This document shows, piece after piece, positions 41,109 to 51,643 of a DNA stretch of 64,000 nt. Source of the DNA: Psilocybe cubensis (lineage: Eukaryota); NCBI GenBank assembly GCA_017499595.2, contig CM039000.1, positions 3,596,001 through 3,660,000 on the forward strand, read 5' to 3'. Both the position numbers and the translations under genes were made by a program. The number at the start of each line of letters is the position of its first letter. Positions within the stretch are counted from its first letter, which is position 1. Under the pieces are notes generated by a model that searched no databases, was not told the origin of the DNA, and saw only the letters and a program-made list of their open reading frames with translations.

Positions 41109-42882
41109 ATGGAATCAATGTATACAGACAGCGAAACAGAAAAATGGCTCTTGACTGATCGTGGCTACTCATACATCATCCGTCAGTGTTTTTTAATTAG
41201 TTTGATGATTTTATCGATCGCTGATTTCCTGCGTCCTTTAGTTGCAAGTGCGGTTTGCGTTATTTATGATCATAGTAAGTGTTATGCATAGTGAAATTTC
41301 ATTTTTGGATCATTGACACTTAGTGGTACATTACAGTGCTAACGTTTCATGACGAAGTCAGTATTCAGTATCAGCCACAGTAAATGATTCGAATGTTGCT
41401 TACTGAATTCTTCAGGTGGAATACGTTTGGGTACATCCTGTTTGCTAAAATTCCTTGGGCATGGCTGATCCAAAACCGTGGTCGCCGTCTTTCAGAAGCG
41501 ACCAAAGCTTAGCGTGGTTCAAATCCTTTTCTTTATAGTGAATTGTGTTTTTGTATTATTCTTTGGGCTGCATGATAGAGAAACTAACTGCATCCAGAGT
41601 CGTTATGGTGGAGATGCACTACAGATGTAGACGTCTAGTTTTACTTTGAGCGTATCTATTCGGTCTGACCTTTACTCGTTTCAGATATCCTGCATACAGT
41701 ATGTAGATTCACTCGCCGATCAGAAGCAATCGAAATTGACCGTTTGCAGTAATTGTCCGCCATATTCTGGATGACACTGTTAAGGTACGCCTTTTATGAT
41801 ATGTTGCCATGTGTAGTCCATCCATTATTGGAAAATGTGACTCATACGAGTATGCAGGAGTTAGTGTACGGTCAATGAAGTTATCCATATATATTGACTC
41901 CCCCCTAGCTGTGAGTTTGCTTTCCGAGATTTCATCTGCCTCCTGAAATTGATGTTTTCTTTTAGGCAATTTTGTGCAAGTTTACATCGGATATCTCGGG
42001 ACTGTTATTCTATGCTCGACGCAAGGTATTTTTTCTCAAGGCCTACTCGATTCATATATTATTTGAACAGTTTTTAAATCTGATACAGGGATAATGATAT
42101 ACAGAGTGTCGTGCATGTACAGTCACAATCGGAAGATTATTATCATTCTGGCCACTGCCTTCATCAGTGAATTGACGTCCATGATCATCTCGCAGAGCAT
42201 AGCAAATAACATACACAACTGTAGGTACTTTTTTAACTTGATTAATCTTCGACATTAACGCTAATTCTGAATTTTTGCTCGTGGTTCCATGTCGTTCAGC
42301 TGTTCCAGACCCAGCTCCTGGCGTCCATATTTGCAAGCAAGATTCCTTTCCAACATGGGCATATTCTATCTGGATTCCAATTTTATTTCATGAGACCGTC
42401 CTTCTACTTCTGGCCACAGTAAAGGGCATCTCATACTACAAATCTGATACACGTGGGTTGTTGGATGACAACAATAACGACGGCTCTGCGGGTCATCACT
42501 CCCTCTTGTATATTCTTGTGCGAGATAGCATAACATTTCCCTTGATGTGAGTACGATTACTTCAAATCTAGTGGATCTCTCTGATATCATTGAATATCCA
42601 GTGGGCTTGTAGTTTGCATTCTCAACTTGATCTCATGGGCTGCTCTTCCTGTACGTAGATTGTCATTTTGTATCACTCACGTAAAACTAAGAAAGACCAT
42701 ACGGAATACAGTATCTGATTGCACAAATGACGTTCCCTTTTGCATTATTCATTCCTTGCATCCTAGGATCGCATTTAGTGATCAATTTGCGGGAGGCATA
42801 TTACCAACCATTCACCAAAGAGTGTGATATTCAATTTGTACATAATGAGAGTGGTGTTTCAATCGACTTCGATATGCCGTAA
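41109..42882 (+). CDS. Multi-exon polytopic membrane protein, DUF6533-like paralog 4
   Basis: KWLLTDR, SAVCVIYDH, LTFHDE, VEYVW, RDSITFPL, HLVINLREAYYQPFTKEC. Confidence 0.75.
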
Positions 42883-43069
42883 AAATGATTGTATTTACAT
42901 GTCATATAGAGAGCGTCAGACCAAAGTTGTTTTCTGATATAATTTTCTCCTCTTCGGATCGTTTAAGCTGGGCGTCTAAGACGCAACGACACCATCAGAG
43001 TCGTTGATCTATTTTTAGACCATCACAGTTAAAGACGCAGAGGACAGGTGGTTTGCGAAAAAAAATGGC

Positions 43070-43113
43070 GCGGACTGTCCGCCAGACTGTCCGCCGGACT
43101 GTCCGCCGGACTC
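43070..43113. repeat. Left subterminal array of 12-bp units C(G/A)GACTGTCCGC (3.5 copies)
   Basis: cggactgtccgc cagactgtccgc cggactgtccgc cggactc. Confidence 0.9.
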
Positions 43114-43445
43114 ATAGGCCTTTGGGTGGGCCTGTGTGACTTGGGTGAGTGACAGCCGTGCTCACTCTGCTCTACAGCGATCAGTGGCCTTCCCCGACAC
43201 ATTACCGCCCTCCGCCCCCCGCCCCCGACCTGGCCATGAGAATGCTAAGTGCCACTGGTTAATATTTTAATGGCACCCCGCCTCTCCTGTATTTTTCCGC
43301 CTTTTCCACCAGTTACTCCTGCGGTGTGCTACTTCCATAGACAAGGCCCGTTTAGGTAGTATTTATTGTAGCTGTTTTAGTAGACAATAGATGTAAAATG
43401 CTAATACAATTACATCGTTGAACAACTTCTAACCTTGCAACCATT

Positions 43446-45733
43446 ATGTCCTCTTCATCTAGTGCATATTCTTCATCTACTCTCCAATCAATCCTTCAAA
43501 TCCAAGCTAGTATTGCCAAATATTTGGACTTTGAAGGATGTTTGAAGTTCATTGAACTTATCCAACTCCTAAAGCCAACAATCTGTCTGTCACAACAACC
43601 AGGACTAGCAGAATCTGATGCGGGTGAAGACAAATGTCCAGCACGGTTGCGTCTGAACGTACACACTTTTCTCGCACAATCTTTAAGTGTCGATCATGAG
43701 GCTATGAAGATTATTTGGCGTGCAATGGCCAATATTGCGTGGAATTTTAGGGTTGATGAAAGCTGTGTTCATTCCTTTGGTCAACGTCATATTCAATGCT
43801 TTCTTGACTATGGAAGACAGAATGGCATAGGTGAGTTAGCATATATATCAAGCTAAAACCACTACTAATTCTAAAATCGGAGCCTTTTATCATCTAATGC
43901 CTCCTGTTCGTCATTGCCTTGATCCACGATGTGTTATCAAGCCCAAGACTTCTAAAAAGGATGAGCTCCATCGACGTCCACTGAAAGAAGCACATAGCCG
44001 TTCTGTTACTGTTTTTACACAATCATTTGGACCCATCCCGGGTATTTCTACTTCAATGTTTTGTTCGGGTATGTGTTTAGTATTGTTATTTTGTTGAAAC
44101 TCCCCCTTCTAACAATAATAAACGCAGGATGCCAAACTCGATACTACCCTAACTACTGGGTAGATAGAGCACAATCCACTCGGACATTTTACCGTATACA
44201 TCGCACCTTTCTGCATGTTACAGAAGGAATTTTTATGGACATTGCCACGTTGGAATTGTTTACGACAATGATGTTGACGTCTTGGTAGCTTCTTTCTTTT
44301 GTTGTGAATTTCTTCCATTAACTTGGAGTGTACAGGACTTCTGCTTCAAATTGTGCCCGCATCTATAATGAAGCAATAGCTTCAAAGTCCCTGTCATCCT
44401 CTCTTCCTGCAGCATATTCCAAAAGCATGGTGCTAGAACACAATGACGTATGGAATGGTCTTAGTCTCTTCTGGCTTCTTGAAGACTCGGAAGAAGAAGA
44501 TGAGGTCTTACAAATTGACCATGTAGCGCCTAGTCAAGCCATCCGCCTCAGAAAAGCCTTAAAGAGACGGAACCTTCGGATGGCAGGGACTGGTCAGGAA
44601 GCTTGGAACCATGTATGTGATTTATGCTGCTGGTATAATGATTTGCCCGATGGAACACAGAGTAAATTTTGAAAATTTATGATTCTAGTGATATATAACT
44701 CATGCTTGATTCTAGCTTTCCTTCGTTCTGTGGTTACTGATGGCATAACTATTGGACGGCCTACCTGCTCTATTCATGACTGCGATATTCCTTTGGATTC
44801 CGTCAAACATCGGTTCTGCCCTACACATAAAGATCAGAACCTTATCTGTGCGGTTACTAGCTGCTCAGCTCCCATTGATGAGGGCTATCAAACGTGCAGT
44901 CTGAAGGATCACCGAGCTCTTGAAGCATACAACGATATCCACAATAAAGCAATGTTTCAATTAAAACTTCGGCTTGCCCGTCTCAAAACCTCACAGCCCA
45001 CTGATGCCTTTTCCACTGATGATGGCCAGTCAACCATATTTGGCGATGAAGAGGTTTTGATTGACGCCAATGGTGTCTGTGACGAGAAGTCAGAGAAGGG
45101 TAATCAAACATTGCGAGCTCGGTTTGGAAGGCGACGCACTCATAATGAAGAGCTGTGTGTGGCATCGTGTGGTGTAATTCTTGGACGAGCAACATTCTAT
45201 GGTTCAGAGGCCCCAAACGGAGTACGGGTGCGTCATTTTTCTTGCTTCTAGAGAATTGTTGCTTATTTAATTTTCAGACATTTTGGAAGACTTTGTTTCC
45301 TACCCAAAAGTCTCTTCCAGGAGTTCTTTGGCACGACAATAACTGTCGAATTATGTTAATGCTTGAAAAGGAGAAAGACACGTACTTTTCCCACTCAGCA
45401 TTACCCGTTGACGTATTCCATTTCAAGTGTAAACATAAAGCTCAAGACGACAAATGTAATGCCAATTGTAACCCAGCAAAATGGCCCGAGCTTATGACGC
45501 CTGATGGGAAGTGGCGTTTTAACTCATCTGCAGCAGAACAAGCCAACGCTTGGCTAGGAGGGTATCAAGCCATTGTTCGTGAGATGCAGGCCGACAGATA
45601 TGAATTCTTTTTGGACGAGTTAATCAAGAGGCGAAATCGAAACATCATTAAGGATTTGGAGAAAAAAGGGAAAAATCCACATGAAATCCCAAGGGATTTT
45701 TTACTCAAGCCAGATACACCCAGAGTCGATTAG
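43446..45733 (+). CDS. KDZ-family transposase with CxC5 and CxC6 cysteine clusters, 6 exons
   Basis: CxC5-like PPVRHCLDPRC..TVFT..GPIP..SMFCS|GCQTRYYPNY; CxC6-like VVTDGITIGRPTCSIHDC..HRFCPTH..CAVTSC; catalytic-like HDNNC, LPVDVFHFKCKH, FNSSAAEQANAW. Confidence 0.85.
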
Positions 45734-46330
45734 TGATATGTAGGAAGTTGTAATAAAGAGCATTAGAAATCATGTTGGAACCTACATTAGTTGTTGTGAA
45801 CAAGCAGCAATCCGGGTTTAGTTGTTGCTCTGTGTCTTGAAAGCCTGCCGCTCGCACGATAACCCCGGCCCAGGGGTGATCCTTGGTGTTATCAAACAAG
45901 CGGCAGTTTTTCAAAACATGCATCCAGTATTGCCTCGCTACCCCACAACAATAAGCTGTAATAAGCTTTGCCACTGATGAAACTGAGAAACACATATGGG
46001 CACGGCGTCAACAAAGTGTGAAGTGTGAATGCCAGTTTATTGAAAGCTAGGGTGCTAACACTCGATCAATAACCAGACCCAGAACAAACGTGAATCAAAA
46101 ACATTGAAACTGAAGGCAGGAAATCGCATTAACATGCCGAAAACTCACCGCGTCATATATCAACCCATGCTGATCCCACACCTTGACTTGACTCGCAGCA
46201 CCTCCGCAACGCCCAACATCCTTCACACGCGCTGTTGTCACGCATGTCTACCACCTCATCCTCATCCTCCTTTCCTAAGTATTGATGCGCATACATGCTT
46301 CCGGGGTACATTGGCATTTCGTGTTCTACA

Positions 46331-47373
46331 TCACTCTGGCACACTGAGGTCGAGTTGAGAAACGTTCGTCCGGTTGATGAGAGAGATGAGGTTGTGGGGT
46401 TGTGGGCAGCATTGTGGAGACAATATTGAACGGGAGTCGCAAAAGGGAAGAGACCGATTCTGAATACCACTTTTGAGTTGTACAGAGAACAGGATTGCGC
46501 TGAGCTCTGAGTCCGTCGGCGTCCGCGTGAGCGCACCCATGACATCTGCGAGCTCGTTAATAAGTAGCCGCTTCTCCCCAATCCACCGAGTAACTCTGTC
46601 AGCGTCTATTAATTCCAACAGCTCAGGATCATCCTTCATTTGCTCGCGGGTCAGCATAATGCGATATGCAGCCTGTCCAGAATCCACCACATGATCCGTC
46701 GAACCAAGTTCCTTCAGCATTGCTGCTCGAGTGAGCGACTTGATACCATCGGCGGCTAATATGATATCAGCCTCGACTCGCACGGCTGGACCTACTAATG
46801 GCGTAGCCAAGAACGATGGCTTCCTGTCATCCCCGCCAAAATTCACTTCAGATACGGCAGTCGAGAAGTGAAAGGTAATGGCAGATTGTGCTTTGCAGCC
46901 TTCGTAAAGGCTCCCAGCGAGCGAGGCACGGTGTCCTACCATGTGAGCGTAGCCATATTTATCTTTGACGGAGTCGAACTCGACAAAGCCGAGCTCTTTG
47001 TCGGTTGTTCCCTCTGGGAAGATTTAAGCACATTGATTTACTATGTCAAGAACTGATATTACTTACGTCTGATGCTCGTGCTCTTGACTAAGACAGCCTC
47101 GGACTCGATCTTTTTCCAAACGCCGAGTTTATCGAGAATGCGTGCCATATTGGGGGCAAGTTGAATTCCTGCTCCTACAAAACCTAGGTTGGGCGCAGTT
47201 TCGTAGACATCGATATAGAGAAACCCTTCGTGTGCTAACGAGAGGGCACAAGTGAGGCCACCCATGCCTTGATACTAGCTATGAGTTCATCATGTGAGTC
47301 AACTAACCGGAGGAAGGAGCTCACCTGCTCCAAAGACCGCGACTCTCAACCGTCTGACGTCGTCGAAGGTCAT
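46331..47373 (-). pseudogene. Truncated FAD-dependent monooxygenase (salicylate hydroxylase-like), captured in the transposon
   Basis: VAVFGA|GMGGL Rossmann motif, GAGIQLAPN, HRA, ADIILAADGIKS. Recognisable similarity stops after RWIGEKR (~46568) and the GDAAH motif is absent. Confidence 0.8.
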
Positions 47374-48068
47374 CGTTATCAGACCTAGAGAAAGACACAA
47401 GACTCAGTGAACATGATGCATGAACGACTATGTTCCAATCTACCTAGAGAAAGACACGAGACTAGATAATAGTGTAGTTAGTGACTAGGCGAGAGGATGC
47501 TAAAGGGAGAGTGGAAACTTTACCTCAGTGAACATGATGCATGAACGACTGAGGGAAAGAGGGCCGATGGATTTATTGAGACGGAAGCTATGAGCGCAAT
47601 GAGCAGGTCATTCCTTGGGGAAGAGTGCTGTAGACATACCACAATTAAAAAACTCGCACTTGTTTCCGGCTACAAATACAAGCCAGAGCCCGTTGTCATC
47701 CAAAAAATTTCGATGGAGTGATTTGACGGACTTACAGCACGGATTTTGAGGTCGGGTCTTGCAGGGAGTCTTGACGTTGACGAGCGAGCTGTTCTACTCG
47801 CCTCTCAGTGACCGGGGGTTGTTGATGTGGTTTTGAGTATGTTGCCAGTGTATTTCCGTGCCCGAAAATTCCTGGTAACATACTCTCTGCCTCTTGGTTG
47901 GTGGAAACAGCGAACGGGTGTGTTGGGAGGTGTAAACGATGGATGTGCACACGGTCATGTGACTACACGCGCCCTCACGACTTCGTCAATTTCTGGGTCG
48001 TCGGATTGGCATTAACTGTAAATTTGTTCAATTGTAATATAAGTAATCGTTACAAAGTGCTACTGTAG

Positions 48069-50861
48069 CTACAGAGAATCAGGCTCTAAAGTCAAGTCAA
48101 TGATTTCCCAGGTACCAAAAGCAATGCCAGGATGAGCAGAAACATCCTGCTTGATAGGTTTTTGGCCTGGAGAATCCACGGTCAGGTCAATAATATCACC
48201 GCTGATAACAGCACGCTCTTTTCCTTTTGCAGAGCCAGTGAGGGTAATACTATCACTCTTCTCTTCTTTTATAGTAGGAGTAGATATTGCTGCATCCTTG
48301 GTGATAGCATGCTTGTCTTGCAAAAGTTGCATTACTTCTAGCATAGAAATCCGAAGATCTTCTTGAATGAGAAGTGTCACTGTTTCAGGAAAAAGCACCT
48401 CTTCAATAACTGAATCATAGGTGAGAGGCTGTAGAATTGACATATCTATGTCTTCTGAATCTTCAGGAAACATTTCTCTTAGCTCAGAAATAATAAGAGC
48501 TTGTATCTCTGGACCATAGCTTTGTAGAAGATACAAATTAGTAAATCTAGCCATCTAAGAGCAGTATAAAATTACTTACTAGGCAATGCAATCTAAAAGA
48601 AGTTGATTCTTTGATTTATCCGGAGTTTGACTGCAGCTAGCTTCAAAGGTTTTTCTGGAATTACAGAAAAACATGCTTTCTTCAGGGTCCATAAGAACGT
48701 AACAAAGTAATTCTTTATCACCCTGGATTTGATGACGGAGACTGGATATCTTTTCTTTGGTCAATAATCCACCATTGACATTAGACTGAGCTATATGAGG
48801 CAAGGAAATATGGGAAAGAGGGCTGACACGAGCACTAGGACTGATGTTTTCTGAAGAACTTGAGTCATCCAAGCTGTCTGAAGAGGAGGACTCAGAAAAG
48901 GTATCTGGAATATCCTGGGGGTTTTTTAAGGCAGCCTGTAATGACCTATATGTTGCCTGTTTCGAGTTGCCCATGTCCACAAAATAGCCAACAATATCTT
49001 TGTCATATGTTTTCCAATAAGATTTGTGTTCATAAAATGTGGATTTGTGAAAAGAAGCATCTGGAAAAGCAGCATAGAAAGCATCTTTGACACTTATACG
49101 AGATCTTGGACGAATAGATAATGCAGATTTCTTGGATGACTTCATATAAGGGTTGCTTCTAGAGGTTTGAGATTTGGATAGTGTTTCTTGCATTTGAAGA
49201 AATCCATTGTGAATTTGATAGACCTTGAAATCAAACGGCCACTGCTTTGTAGAGTTATGAGATTTCTTTAGAACCTTTGGTGGTGGTGGTAAGTTATGAG
49301 ATTTCTTTAGAACTTTTGGTGGTGGGGGTAAATCACTGTCTGATGAATTTGGGGTTCTATATCCATGTGGGCGCTTCTTCCTAGGAATATGGATATGATT
49401 TGATAAAATTGGACTAGCAGACCGATTTCTTGAGGTAGAATGTGTAATTGTTAGAGAAGATGCTTCCTGTATTGCAGATTGACGAATAGGCGACACTAAT
49501 GTGGTGTGTTGTTGGGCTAACAAAGCTTGTGATGTCTTTGGTTGTAGTTTGAGCTCATCTTCAATTCCAGGACAGTGCTCTAATGTTTCTCTAAGGCTTG
49601 GACGGATTTTTAAAATCAGTCTTTGGCCCTTTTCAACAGTAAGAACACTTTCCATGGTGAGAGTTACCCATTCTCCTTTCCAGTAATCCAGTTTGGTTGT
49701 TGGCTGAAGCTCCAAGTTTTTCATTAACTCAGCAGAGTCTGACAAGCGAAAATGGGGAAAGGATTGTATATAATATTCAAGCCTAATAGGAGGCTGTCCA
49801 TTCTAGAAGAATATTATTAACTGCTTGAATATAAACAAGAATATGAACTCACAGTGTGATATACAACCAAAATACATGTTCTTTTTCGTTGTTCATCCAT
49901 TTCATGTTGTTTAACTTTTAGAGATTTGAGGTTTCGGGTATGACTAAGTAATCCTGTTCGCTTTTGTGCCCATGTACCTCCTACAGGTTGAGCCAGGCCT
50001 CTTGGAATAACCTGTCCAAGTCCGAACTGAGTAGCAGGTGGTGTAGAAATAACCATATCCTGGTTTGGGGATTGATTTGGAGAGACCTGAGAAGCAGAAA
50101 TATTGAAAGGGCTCGGTGGTGGTGAGATAGAAATGTTTTGGGTAACAGATTGGGTAGAAAGAGGAGGAAGAGGAGGAGAATGAACTTGAGAGATTCTTTC
50201 TGGAGAAGCAGGAGTTGAAATATCAGGAGCATAAGGTACATTTTCGGGCTGGCGATGGGCATGACATGCCTTTCTAAAAGCTTGCTTAGAAATGGCATCT
50301 TTGCAAGCTTTGGTACAACAGGTCTTGCATTTATTTTCAATGCAAGTTCTACTCCCTTGAGTTCGGGTTCCTGACTTTGTAAAGCATGTAGAAACTGTGC
50401 AGAGTAGTTTATCTGATATTGGAATAGGAATAACACCAGTAGAGTTGGACTGAGCTCGTCTTTGTTGAGTCTGATTTGGCTGAGAAGAAGAATGATTGGC
50501 AGTGTTTGAAATGGAAATATAAGGTCTAAGAGTGCGAGGATAGCCCTGTGGATCATCAGGAAAATTAATTCGGTGCAAAAGACGTTGGGCATCCTCATAT
50601 ATATATGCAGGAGTATGATGATAGGTGTACAAACACCTATAATCAGAACACTAGACAATTAATTAGACTTGCACAATAAGCTAAGTTAATAACACATACA
50701 GTTTGACAGAGAGATCCTTTCAAATGCCTCTTGGAAGGAGATCCAGTAGCTTTGTATATAGCTATAGGTGGCATAGGTCTTCCACATGGGCGGTTGGATC
50801 TTCCTGGACAAAGACCAATAGGTGATATAGTAGGATCAGGAGGTAGGTTATCTGGGTTCAT
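48069..50861 (-). CDS. Transposon accessory protein: Cys clusters plus C-terminal RTC4-like domain, 4 exons
   Basis: Exons ~50861-50700, 50650-49853, 49802-48580 and 48522-48069 splice in frame. Contains C..C..CIENKCKTCC..C..CHAH, QWPFDF, and AY|YGPE...EEVLFPETVTLLIQEDL, which resembles RTC4 (GYYGP..VLVPE..LI.ED). Confidence 0.7.
49254..49331 (-). repeat. 39-bp in-frame tandem duplication (LPPPPKVLKKSHN x2)
   Basis: Two near-identical copies inside the accessory gene. Confidence 0.85.
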
Positions 50862-51255
50862 TGCTAAAACTATGCTCTAAAACTCAAGAACTTGTGCCAA
50901 ATTTATAGATTTTCGGTTGTCATATTACATATATCTCCCTATAGAGAGCTACATAGTATGTCAATGCAGAGATTTCTAGCTTTGGCGCTACAAAGCGCGT
51001 CTAAACACGAGTGGCTGCGTTGGGCCAGCCACAATATCCAAAAATGGAAAAGAAGCCGCAATAAGCCGGCCCAATTCTCACGTGTTTGGCAGTAGTGTCA
51101 AGTGGCAACAACAATGCGTGCGCCGTGTAGCGCATCAAGCGGCGGGGCATTGTTGGAAAGCATTGAGCTCGCTGCCTCGAACAGTGACCATGCAAGTGGG
51201 CCCCCGACGTGGCCCGGAGGTCACACTATGGTCACAAATACCCACGATACACCCA

Positions 51256-51287
51256 GAGTCCGGCGGACTGTCCGCCAGACTGTCCGC
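51256..51287. repeat. Right subterminal array of the same 12-bp unit
   Basis: gagtccgg cggactgtccgc cagactgtccgc. Confidence 0.9.
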
Positions 51288-51643
51288 GCGAAAAAAACTC
51301 GTGGACGAACCTTTCTGAAGACGCATTGCCAGCAATTACGTCAAGTGCTTTCATAGAATGAGTGAGGTTGTTTTCAAAGACCCTGGTTCACGATCAATTC
51401 AATAGGCAACAACGTGAGAAACTGAGTGAGTAAATAATGTGCATGTTCTTAGAGAAAGAGTCCTGATCATTGAGTACAAATACACCAGGTCGTCAAGACC
51501 TCAAAGAAGGAAAGAAAAGGAGATAAAAGAAAAAAACGAAAGTGGTTAGAATGTAGAAAGCCAACAAAAGAGTTCGAATAACAATGGAGTATAGGAAATT
51601 GGGTTGGAAAGAAGTAAAATTGGATTCCGGGAGGAAGTAGAGT

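Larger units (their letters stand above)
43038..51317. mobile_element. KDZ-type (Kyakuja/Dileera/Zisupton; CxC5-CxC6) DNA transposon, ~8.3 kb, with cargo
   Basis: Direct repeat AAGACG(CA) at 43032-43037(43039) and 51318-51323(51325); CAGA...TCTG termini; shared subterminal GCGGACTGTCCGC arrays; internal transposase gene. Confidence 0.82.

Noticed and set aside
43070-43113. CRISPR-like or telomeric repeat array
   Set aside because: Contiguous 12-bp units with no spacers, not TTAGGG, in a eukaryotic context; better explained as transposon ends.
43038-51317. TET/JBP dioxygenase passenger expected in fungal KDZ elements
   Set aside because: No 2OG-Fe(II) HxD..H..R pattern was recognisable in any internal ORF.
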